Position numbers and translations under genes: made by a program. Positions 18,533-26,651 of a DNA stretch of 64,000 nt are shown here, one piece after another. Each line of letters starts with the position of its first letter. Position 1 is the stretch's first letter. The notes below the pieces were generated by a model, which was not told the origin of the DNA, ran no database searches, and saw only the letters and a list, made by a program, of their open reading frames with translations. Source of the DNA: Candidatus Bathyarchaeota archaeon (lineage in GTDB: Archaea > Thermoproteota > Bathyarchaeia > TCS64); contig JADHWM010000001.1 of NCBI GenBank assembly GCA_016783485.1, positions 10,181-74,180 on the forward strand, given 5' to 3'.

Positions 18533-19168
18533 ATGATAATCACTAAACAGAAGCCCTTTGAAAAGATCATGGAAATGACGGAGCCCTTCGGGAAGCTCTT
18601 CGTCGTGGGCTGCGGAAAGTGCGCAACGGTCTGCCAGACCGGAGGGGAGAATGAGGTCCACGGCATGGTCGAGAAGCTCTCGGACAAGATCAGCGGCTTC
18701 ACCGTCGTGGAGGAGCCCTGCGACCTCAGGCTAACCAGACGCGACCTTAAAGAACACAAGGAGACGATCGCCGAGTCAGACGCTGTTCTCGTCATGAACT
18801 GCGGAGTCGGGGTCCAGACCATAGCGGAATACACGGGCAAGATCGCTCTACCTGCGCTGGACACGATGTTCATCGGCATGACCGAAAGGATCGGGCGGTA
18901 CTACGAACGATGCAAGGCCTGCCAGGATTGCATCCTCGACGAGACAGGGGGCGTCTGCCCAATAGCACGCTGCCCCAAAGCACTGCTGAACGGCCCATGT
19001 GGGGGACAGGTCGAGGGTAAATGCGAGGTCGGCGAATACAAGGACGATTGCGCCTGGGTCCTAATCTGGAAGAAGCTCACAGAGCAGGACAGGCTTGAAG
19101 AATTCACCAAGTTCAGGCCGCCCAGAAACCACTACACCAAGATCCTAACAACTAAACTCATCTCCTGA
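18533..19168 (+). CDS. metV: MetV-like Fe-S/Zn subunit (MTHFR C-terminal domain protein)
   Basis: GCGKCATVC, CGVGVQ, CKACQDC...CPIARCPKALLNGPCGG...CEV...CAW. Confidence 0.88.
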   Translation: MIITKQKPFEKIMEMTEPFGKLFVVGCGKCATVCQTGGENEVHGMVEKLSDKISGFTVVEEPCDLRLTRRDLKEHKETIAESDAVLVMNCGVGVQTIAEYTGKIALPALDTMFIGMTERIGRYYERCKACQDCILDETGGVCPIARCPKALLNGPCGGQVEGKCEVGEYKDDCAWVLIWKKLTEQDRLEEFTKFRPPRNHYTKILTTKLIS

Positions 19169-19183
19169 TACCCTTTGCACAAT

Positions 19184-19207
19184 GCCCCGTACACCGGGGC
19201 TTTTTTC
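19184..19207 (+). terminator. Hairpin + T-tract terminator after metV
   Basis: GCCCCG-TACAC-CGGGGC followed by T7, between convergent genes. Confidence 0.7.
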
Positions 19208-19235
19208 GTTTTATCCCTGAAAGAAAAAGAGAGGA

Positions 19236-20240
19236 TTATGGATGCTCCTTGAAGTGGGGCAGCACCTCGAACCCGAAGAGGTTGATCGAAGACCTGATAT
19301 TCGGTCCCAAGGGCGAACCTGTGACGAAGTGTGTGATCCCGGTCTTGAACAGGGATGCGATCTTCTCGGTGCACTGTTCCGGCGAGCCGCAGACTGCGAA
19401 AGCGTCGATCATTGTATCGTTGACGGCCCCAAATGCTGCCCCCCATTCACGGTTAGCGAGGGCACTCCGGATGCTCTCGGCGGTCTCCACGGGAATACCG
19501 TGCTTCTCCAGGATAAAGGGAGGACTCCCAGCCACTATGTAGGCGACTACAGGGATCACCGGCTTTCTCGCCTTCTTCTCGGTCTCGGCGACTGAAAACG
19601 AGGTGTATGCGGCGATGTCAACTTCTTTGGGATCTCTCCCTTTCTTCTCGGCTCCCTTCCGGATCAGCGTCACGGCTCTCTCGATGTCGTCGGGATGCGA
19701 TGCGTTGATCAATGCTCCGTCCCCGATGGCTCCCGCCAGTTGGAGCATTTGGGGCCCCTGAGCTCCGATGTAGATGGGGATGCTCTCGTTTGCCCTGAAG
19801 TTGAACCTCGCTCCAGCCGTCGTGCTGAAGACTTTGCCATCGTAGTTGCCTTTCTCGCGGGCAATCTGTCGCCGGATGATCTCGACGGCCTCCCTCACTG
19901 TGCGGAGGGGGGCCTTCATCTCCACGCCCACCATCTCGAGAGTGGTCTTGTCGCCCGCCCCAATGCCGCAGATGACCCTGCCCGGGGCGACCTCGTTCAG
20001 GGAGGCTACACTCTGGGCAGTCATGGTGGGGTGGACGAGGTAGGGGTTGGTGACCCCTGGCCCCAGCTTGATCCTGTCGGTGTAGTTGGCTATAACGGTG
20101 AGGCTCACGTAGACGTTCCTGTTATTGAAGTGGTCGGTTATCCAGATGCTGTCATAACCTAGCCGCTCCGCTTGGATGGTGTAATAGGTTGTTCTCCAGA
20201 AAAGCTCCATCGGGACGAACTCGATTCCGAAACTCGTCAT
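19236..20240 (-). CDS. mer: F420-dependent 5,10-methylene-H4MPT reductase
   Basis: FGIEFVP, WITDHFNNRNVY, GPGVTNPY, GIGAGD, YIGAQGP, LINASHP, GSPLGP. Confidence 0.95.
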   Translation of the reverse strand: MTSFGIEFVPMELFWRTTYYTIQAERLGYDSIWITDHFNNRNVYVSLTVIANYTDRIKLGPGVTNPYLVHPTMTAQSVASLNEVAPGRVICGIGAGDKTTLEMVGVEMKAPLRTVREAVEIIRRQIAREKGNYDGKVFSTTAGARFNFRANESIPIYIGAQGPQMLQLAGAIGDGALINASHPDDIERAVTLIRKGAEKKGRDPKEVDIAAYTSFSVAETEKKARKPVIPVVAYIVAGSPPFILEKHGIPVETAESIRSALANREWGAAFGAVNDTMIDAFAVCGSPEQCTEKIASLFKTGITHFVTGSPLGPNIRSSINLFGFEVLPHFKEHP

Positions 20241-20301
20241 TTTTCCACTATCCTCTAGGATAAAGAGTGGGAAGCGGTCTCAGCGTCGCCTATCGTCTCC
20301 C

Positions 20302-20589
20302 TCAGGAGCTGATAGCTAGCTTTATCTCCTCAAGGCCGAAATCGTCGATGACCCCAATGGCTCTCTCGGGGTCGGCTTCAACGACCGTCTTGAAGAGCGT
20401 CGTGAGACCCGCCTCGCTCGCGAGTTGATCCCTCTGCCAGTAATATAGGATTGTTTTCGCGACGGAACTAGGGATGGCATCTGATTCTTTCGCCTCGAGT
20501 AGTATGTCCATGAATTTTACAGAGAGAGGGTCTCTCATGGGCTTCGGGATGCTTCTCACTAACTCTCGGTACTCCATCTTCTTCACCAA
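20302..20589 (-). CDS. Small helical hypothetical protein upstream of mer
   Basis: 95-aa ORF, co-oriented with mer, host-like codon usage. Confidence 0.7.
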   Translation of the reverse strand: MVKKMEYRELVRSIPKPMRDPLSVKFMDILLEAKESDAIPSSVAKTILYYWQRDQLASEAGLTTLFKTVVEADPERAIGVIDDFGLEEIKLAISS

Positions 20590-20634
20590 TTAATATTAGA
20601 CTTTTGTTATTTTCAAAGCTATCTATCTATTGAT

Positions 20635-20651
20635 AGTTCGTTTTTCGAACT
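20635..20651. promoter_or_regulatory. Inverted repeat in the divergent mer-operon/Lrp promoter region
   Basis: Perfect AGTTCG-N5-CGAACT in an AT-rich intergenic region. Confidence 0.45.
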
Positions 20652-20828
20652 TTCAATGATTTTTTCGACAATACGTGTTCCCTATTCTAGCGTCAAGTGT
20701 ATCAAAACGAGAAAATGTTTATACAGTATTTACTAATTATTATTTATAAGGGTGATATGAGAATATTGCACGGAAAAATAAATCTCATCACTCCAAATGT
20801 AATTTTCATAAATCAATGGTGATGAAAA

Positions 20829-21275
20829 ATGAGCATCGATAGGTTGGATCTTAAAATCATCAGGTCCCTGAGTGGGAACGCTAGGAAGCCGTTCAAGACG
20901 ATCGCAAAGGAGATCGATGTCAGTGACGCTACCGTCAGGAAGAGGGTGAAAAGGATGCTTGAAGACGGAGTCATCAAACAGTTCAACCTCCTCCTCGATT
21001 ACCATAAGTTGGGCAGGATTATCAAGGCCTTCATCGGCCTCCAGATCAACCCTCAGAGGCTGAAACCCATCGTCGAGCACCTCAAGGGAAACCCGGACAT
21101 CCAGGTGCTGTACCGGACGACGGGGAACGTGAACCTGTTCCTCGAGGTGATCTTCAGGGACATGGAGGAGCTCAACGATTTCCTCGAGACGGAGCTCAGC
21201 GTCGAGGGCATCATAGGAACCGAAGTCTCGGTTGTGATTGGCCCATACAAGAGGTGCCCGTGTACCGGTCTATGA
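20829..21275 (+). CDS. Lrp/AsnC-family transcriptional regulator
   Basis: IDRLDLKII...NARKPFKTIAKEIDVSDATVRKRVKRMLEDGVIKQF. Confidence 0.93.
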   Translation: MSIDRLDLKIIRSLSGNARKPFKTIAKEIDVSDATVRKRVKRMLEDGVIKQFNLLLDYHKLGRIIKAFIGLQINPQRLKPIVEHLKGNPDIQVLYRTTGNVNLFLEVIFRDMEELNDFLETELSVEGIIGTEVSVVIGPYKRCPCTGL

Positions 21276-21863
21276 CCGGCCCCAGACTTGTGCCTTGTCC
21301 TTCTCCTTGCTCAGGACGTGGACATCCCCCGAACGGGTCTGGTGTAGCTTGAACTCGGCTCCTAAGAGGTTCTCGAGATATCCTCTCAGATAAGCCATGG
21401 AAACGCCCAGGAACTCTACCATTATGACGTCGCCATCGCGGGTGAATTTTCCCCATCCCAGATTCTCTAGCTCGCTGAGGATGATGTCCCAGTTGTCGGT
21501 CTCCCTGAAGTCGATTTCTGGGTCCATGGGATCTATCATCCTCCTCTTAAGGGCGCTGACCCGCGCGAGGTTGTAGAGCTTGTCCTTGCTCATCGATGTG
21601 AAGATGTCTCGGAGCATGCTCTGGCCCATGAGGAGAACCCTCTCGGTCCCCGTCCTGTACACATATGGGAGCCAGTCTTGCATATTCAGCTTCTTGTAGA
21701 TGCGGAGGGCTGCGAGGGCGGCGTCCTCCCTGTTCCTGACGAGTTTATTCTTCTCTAGGAATTTCAGGTACCTATCGAGATCGTCATCTAGGGGGATGGT
21801 GATATCATTTAGGTCTTTAGACCACCTCTGTTCCTTGTATTTCTTCATCTCGTCAGGCTTCAA
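21270..21863 (-). CDS. Hypothetical protein with RHH-like N-terminus and V4R-like C-terminus
   Basis: ITIPLDDDLDRYLKFL...NREDAALAAL (RHH pattern); LENLGWGKF...YLRGYLENLLG (V4R-like). Confidence 0.55.
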   Translation of the reverse strand: MKPDEMKKYKEQRWSKDLNDITIPLDDDLDRYLKFLEKNKLVRNREDAALAALRIYKKLNMQDWLPYVYRTGTERVLLMGQSMLRDIFTSMSKDKLYNLARVSALKRRMIDPMDPEIDFRETDNWDIILSELENLGWGKFTRDGDVIMVEFLGVSMAYLRGYLENLLGAEFKLHQTRSGDVHVLSKEKDKAQVWGRS

Positions 21864-21894
21864 CCGGATGTTGGTTTTAACTCTTACTTATGAA

Positions 21895-23148
21895 TCATTT
21901 CCCCATCTTATTCCTTACCACAGTCAGGAGACGCCTCGCTATCTCATCCTTGCTAGTGACGTGGATGTGCTCCACGACGCTTTCCGCTGCGATGATGAAC
22001 GCCTCGTTGGTGTCGTGGCCGAAGCCCACTTTTGCCCTGCCGACATCGTTGGCTACGATAAGGTCCATCCCCCCGGACTCCATCCTGGCTTGGGCCTTCT
22101 TTATGAGCTCCTCGTCGGATACACCGAACTCCGCCTTAAAACCAACAAGGAATATTCCGGGAGTTACCTTCTTCACCTTGTCGATGATCTTGGGCCTGGA
22201 GACGAGGTCGATCCGCCAGCTCTCCAAGCTAGAGGAGGTCTTCACCATGTCTCTTTTCTCGGGGCCAAAGTCGGCGGCCGCAGCCGAGAAGACTGCGAGA
22301 TCGTATCGGGAGCCCTCAAGCTCTCCCACAACAGCGTCAAGCATCTCGGTCGTCGTCTCGATGGGGACCACCTTAGCACCGAGGGGGGGCTTCGCGGAGC
22401 CTGGGCCATAAACGAGGGTCACCTCCCCTCCCCTCCTCAGCGCCTCCCTGGCAACGGCGACCCCCATCTTGCCCGAGCTCGGGTTGGTGATGAATCTGAA
22501 TCCGTCGAGGTACTCCCTCGTGGGTCCCGCGGTCACCAGGACCCGCACTCCCTCGTAATCCTTCAGCTCAGTGAGCTTCGAGATCACGGCCTCGACTATC
22601 TCCCCCGTGGTGGGTATCTTGGCCTTCTCCTCCTCGAATCGGGGCATGAGTACCTCGACTCCGATGGATCTCAGCTTCTCCACGTTCTCCATCACGATGG
22701 GGTGGCGGTACATGGAGGCATGCATCGCCGGGGCGATGAGGATAGGGATCCCGGCGCCGATGGCTGTGGTGAGCAGCGTGGTGACGGGTGTGTCGTCGAT
22801 GGCCGTGGCCGCCTTCCCGATGGTGTTGGCCGTGCTCGGGGCCACCAGGATGAGGTCGGCCCTGTCGGGGTGCTCCCCTCCCAGGGTGACGTGCTCCGTC
22901 TCCCCCGTGAGCTCCGTGACCACGGGGTTCCCCGTGGACCACTCCATCATGTAGGGGTGGATGATCTTCTGGGCCATCTCGGTCATCACGGTGTAGACCT
23001 CCGCCCCGTGGCGCATCAGCTCCCGTGCGATCTCGGGGCTCTTGATCGCGGCGACGCTGCCCGTCATGCAGAGGACGATCTTCTTGCCATTCAGTTCGTC
23101 GCCTTTGGTTCCGATGATCTCCTTGGAGGTGTGCTCGCCGAGTCTCAT
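21895..23148 (-). CDS. coaBC: Bifunctional phosphopantothenoylcysteine decarboxylase / phosphopantothenate-cysteine ligase
   Basis: TGSVAAIK, APSTANT, PAMHASMY, TAGPTRE, TNPSSGKMG, VGFKAE, VANDV. Confidence 0.97.
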   Translation of the reverse strand: MRLGEHTSKEIIGTKGDELNGKKIVLCMTGSVAAIKSPEIARELMRHGAEVYTVMTEMAQKIIHPYMMEWSTGNPVVTELTGETEHVTLGGEHPDRADLILVAPSTANTIGKAATAIDDTPVTTLLTTAIGAGIPILIAPAMHASMYRHPIVMENVEKLRSIGVEVLMPRFEEEKAKIPTTGEIVEAVISKLTELKDYEGVRVLVTAGPTREYLDGFRFITNPSSGKMGVAVAREALRRGGEVTLVYGPGSAKPPLGAKVVPIETTTEMLDAVVGELEGSRYDLAVFSAAAADFGPEKRDMVKTSSSLESWRIDLVSRPKIIDKVKKVTPGIFLVGFKAEFGVSDEELIKKAQARMESGGMDLIVANDVGRAKVGFGHDTNEAFIIAAESVVEHIHVTSKDEIARRLLTVVRNKMGK

Positions 23149-23218
23149 GTTCCCTCAGCCTCGCTAGGGGGGGATATAGATATTAATGTTTCAGCGTGGA
23201 CGCAGGCTCGAACAGTCT

Positions 23219-23359
23219 TTAGGTCAAGGCGCTGAGCTGCTCGTCGAGCTCGCTTAACTGTTCCTGGATCTCCTCAAGGCGCTCCTCGAACCCCTCTATC
23301 TTGTCGAGGATCAGGCGGATCTCTGCCTCAATGTCGGCCAGTTTTTTCTCGACGCTCAT
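23219..23359 (-). CDS. 46-aa acidic coiled-coil microprotein (not in the ORF track)
   Basis: MSVEKKLADIEAEIRLILDKIEGFEERLEEIQEQLSELDEQLSALT; clean heptads; TTTAAA-like TATA upstream at ~23394-23400. Confidence 0.65.
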   Translation of the reverse strand: MSVEKKLADIEAEIRLILDKIEGFEERLEEIQEQLSELDEQLSALT

Positions 23360-23404
23360 CTTATCGCATCGTTCTGAAAAACTCTGTACTCGATTTAAAT
23401 TTTG

Positions 23405-24493
23405 TCACTGAGCGTCAATCGGTTTCAGGACTTGGTCGAAGTATTCTCGACCGTAGCTCAGGGCGATCTGGTGGAAGCTCCCGTTCCTCGTCTCGACCTC
23501 CTCGAGGTTGCCTCGAACCACGATGCGCTCCCCCGTCTCTACTTGGAGCCTGAACTCCTCGACATACGAGACCACCCTGATGATCTCGCCGGGATCTATG
23601 TTGCCCTCGATCTCCTCGAGCCTAACCGGGTAGATGGAGGGCATGAATCCGCCCTCGTCACCGGAGATGACCTCCCCCTCGGCTTCGACCCTCCCTAGTT
23701 CCCGGATACTGAGGGTATCGTCGTATTCGTTTGTTATCTCGTCCCACCTCCTGACGGGCTCGAACTCGATCTTCACCTCCCTCCCCAGGAGCTCCGCATC
23801 ATGCACAGCGTAGATCTTTTTGCATCTCTGATGCCGGCCATAGTCCTCCTTGGAGAGGTGTTTGAAATTCCAGTGTGCAGGGGGGTCGAGGGGGGTCCAG
23901 CCGTCGAACTCGTTCCTGAGAGAATCTCCCTTGTATAGTTCCGTGAGGGTTGCTCGCAGCTCACGGAGCTCCTCCATGCCATAGATGACTAGGTCCACGT
24001 CGCTGAACAGCGGGTTATGGAAGCTGTGGGCGAGGGAGCCGAAGACCCCGAAATCCGAAGCTTTCAAGCTTGAGGACTCCGTGATGAGGTCGATTATCTC
24101 GACGCAGGTCCTCTGGAGAGCATCTCCATCCATCTTCATCAGCTCCGCCAGCCTCTCGTCTGGGCGCACGACTCTGGAGATCTCCCCCTCTCTTACGCCT
24201 ACCATGTCTCGGGAGAGGGCCGCGTGATGAAGTTTGAAGGGGGGCTCCTGGTTGAGAGCAAACTTGAGGCCGCCGTCGAAGTAGAACTTGTAGTGCTTCG
24301 TGGGGAGACCGTCCCTGAGGGCTCGGGGCTCTCTTGTAGTGTACAGGGTTTCCGGGGCGTACTCCAGGTCGCAGAAACAGGAGTCGCGGGGATGATCGTA
24401 GCCGTATGTCCTGAAGATGAGACCATTGAGGGTCACTGGTGCGTCTCTGTCACGAAACTTCATTTCGAGCCCTCGGAAAGCATTCGCATCCAT
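23405..24493 (-). CDS. Pol-beta-like nucleotidyltransferase-domain protein (archaeal COG1665-like)
   Basis: FGVFGS...SDVDLVIYG motif; C-terminal OB-like region (VVRGNLEEV). Confidence 0.7.
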   Translation of the reverse strand: MDANAFRGLEMKFRDRDAPVTLNGLIFRTYGYDHPRDSCFCDLEYAPETLYTTREPRALRDGLPTKHYKFYFDGGLKFALNQEPPFKLHHAALSRDMVGVREGEISRVVRPDERLAELMKMDGDALQRTCVEIIDLITESSSLKASDFGVFGSLAHSFHNPLFSDVDLVIYGMEELRELRATLTELYKGDSLRNEFDGWTPLDPPAHWNFKHLSKEDYGRHQRCKKIYAVHDAELLGREVKIEFEPVRRWDEITNEYDDTLSIRELGRVEAEGEVISGDEGGFMPSIYPVRLEEIEGNIDPGEIIRVVSYVEEFRLQVETGERIVVRGNLEEVETRNGSFHQIALSYGREYFDQVLKPIDAQ

Positions 24494-24551
24494 CAGAATG
24501 GCGTCTGTGTAGATAACTCAATATGGATGCGAAGGGAAGCTATTTTCAGCT

Positions 24552-25046
24552 TCAATCTTTTCTAGCCATGTTGATTTCATTGACGTACCAGGCCGTGTCC
24601 TCTTGGACAAAGTCCTTAACATCGATCCGGACAGGCTGGCCATCCTCGTCGAGGAGGACCACCTCGCTTATCTCGGAGTTGATGATCTTCCTCTTGCACC
24701 TCTGGCAGGGATCGGCCCGGGTGTATCCGCCGTCGGGGTTCAGGCCGGCGATATATAGCCTCGCCCCGATCCTGTCGCTGCGGCTGGAGTTGATGATGGC
24801 GTTCTCCTCGGCGTGGACCGCTGGGCACAGATCATAGGCCTCGTTGGCGGGGAGGTTCTTCATGTCCTTGATGCACCCCACCTCGTAGCAGTTGATGACC
24901 CCCCGGGCGTTACCATTGTACCCTGTCCCCACAATAGAATTGCCGTTGACGAGGACCGCACCGAACTTGCGCCTCAGGCACGTGGAACGGGCGGCGACCG
25001 AGAGGGCGATGTCTAAAAAGTACTTCGTCTTATCGGGCCTATCCAA
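24552..25046 (-). CDS. dCMP deaminase-family protein
   Basis: RSTCLRR, TGYNG, HAEENA, PCQRC. Confidence 0.92.
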   Translation of the reverse strand: MDRPDKTKYFLDIALSVAARSTCLRRKFGAVLVNGNSIVGTGYNGNARGVINCYEVGCIKDMKNLPANEAYDLCPAVHAEENAIINSSRSDRIGARLYIAGLNPDGGYTRADPCQRCKRKIINSEISEVVLLDEDGQPVRIDVKDFVQEDTAWYVNEINMARKD

Positions 25047-25296
25047 CTCGGAGCCTCAGCATCCATTTGTTCCATACTTGTTTAAAAACTCTTGAGGTGA
25101 ACCCGCCTACAGGGCGCAGCGCTGCCATAGGCTCCTCTATAATAGATTATTTCTCCATAAAATCTTATTAGCGGCAAGACGACGGACATCCAAGGAAAAA
25201 AGGACATATCTCCCTTCCGCTCCTTTTTCCCTTACTTCTCTATCACCTGCGGGGGTTTTATTATGTTTCTAGGATAGTGACAGAGGGAGACTCACA

Positions 25297-25917
25297 ATGG
25301 GCAACTCTATGAAAATCCTGTTAACAGGCTTCGAGCCGTTCGGGGAGAGCACCGTAAACCCCTCGATCTCGGCCTGCAGGAGGTTGGAGGGCAAGGGGGT
25401 GGATGGGTTCGAGATCGTCGTCGAGGAGATTCCCCTGCGTTTCCACGAGATCAGGAGCGCCATCGAGGAACATATCGCACGCCTCGACCCCGCCGCCGTC
25501 ATCTGCACCGGTCAATCCGGTCGAGCATCCATATCCCTTGAGAGAGTGGCGATCAACGTCGCCGACGCCAGGATACCTTACAACTGCGGCACGCAGCCCG
25601 TGGATAAGCGCCTCAACGGAGAAGGCCCCGCAGCATACTTTAGCGGTCTCCCCCTGAGGGATATCTTCGAGGCTCTGAAGGAAGCCAAGGTCCCCGCGGC
25701 CATCTCCAACTCAGCAGGAACCTTCGGATGCAACCAGATATTCTACCACCTGATGGATTACAGGTCCCGGTTGGGCCTCGAGATTCCTGCAGGATTCATC
25801 CACGTCCCGTGCCTCCCCGAGCAGGCCGTCAACAAGGAGACGCCGAGCATGGCTCTCGATCTCACGGTGAAAGCTCTGGAGATCGCCGTATCGACGGTTG
25901 CCTCTGAGATCACCTGA
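25297..25917 (+). CDS. pcp: Pyroglutamyl-peptidase I
   Basis: LLTGFEPFG, NPS, ERVAIN, SAGTFGCN, GFIHVP. Confidence 0.95.
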   Translation: MGNSMKILLTGFEPFGESTVNPSISACRRLEGKGVDGFEIVVEEIPLRFHEIRSAIEEHIARLDPAAVICTGQSGRASISLERVAINVADARIPYNCGTQPVDKRLNGEGPAAYFSGLPLRDIFEALKEAKVPAAISNSAGTFGCNQIFYHLMDYRSRLGLEIPAGFIHVPCLPEQAVNKETPSMALDLTVKALEIAVSTVASEIT

Positions 25918-25956
25918 TAAAAGAAAAAAGGAGGTAAATGCCTCCTATCGGGGATT

Positions 25957-26529
25957 CTAGACTGAAGTAGGTTTTGCTATGATCTCCTTCACGTAGAGAT
26001 CGAACATTGTGTGGAGGTGGCTGGGCTTCAGCACCACCGCGGTGTCCGCGCCCCTCCCCGAGCCGGCTATGGAGATGATGTCCCGGTCCATGGGTATTAG
26101 ACCAGCGTCGGCGGCCATGTAGGCACACTCCACCACCACCTTCATGCCCTGCCCGAACATCCTCAGTGTCTGGGCCACGATCGCCGCGGGACCGACGGTG
26201 TCGAACTTTCCCCTCATGGCCCTGCTGACCCCGGCGAAGGCGTGGCTCGTGGTGAGGACCTTACCGCCGTTGGCTTCGATCTCCTCGTGGCTCTCGTCGG
26301 AGAGCTCCTGCTTACCGGGCTCCCTGAACCCCGTGGTGTGGGTGACCACGACGAGGTTGTATCCCTTGAAGACCTCGGACGCCTTGACTCCGGTAGGTCC
26401 TCGAGTCGAGGCGACGACAATATCCTTGATCCCGAGCTCATCAGCCCGTTTCTTGGAGACCCTCAGGGTCTCCTCCGTGTTCTCCTCCCCAATCTTTTCG
26501 AAGTATAGAATGGATTTCTCAGTTGTCAT
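25957..26529 (-). CDS. PK_C-domain protein, COG1751-like (paralog of 8903-9481)
   Basis: YFEKIGEENT...VVASTRG...FGQGMKVVVECAYMAADAG...GADTA; start revised to MTTEK. Confidence 0.82.
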   Translation of the reverse strand: MTTEKSILYFEKIGEENTEETLRVSKKRADELGIKDIVVASTRGPTGVKASEVFKGYNLVVVTHTTGFREPGKQELSDESHEEIEANGGKVLTTSHAFAGVSRAMRGKFDTVGPAAIVAQTLRMFGQGMKVVVECAYMAADAGLIPMDRDIISIAGSGRGADTAVVLKPSHLHTMFDLYVKEIIAKPTSV

Positions 26530-26651
26530 TGTTATCGGGGGATGCATTGGACATCCGATATAAAAGGTTTCGCAAGACCGCATATCCAGCTGAAGCCTGC
26601 CCCTCCATGGTTTAATATCACCATGCAACATTATCTTGCCGAAGGGCTGGA

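Noticed and set aside
21700-23235. 511-aa ORF antisense to coaBC, and many similar long shadow ORFs (e.g. 5136-6173, 44962-45813, 55149-56351)
   Set aside because: They overlap well-supported genes on the other strand or frame, have no recognisable motifs, and are expected from high GC3 content.
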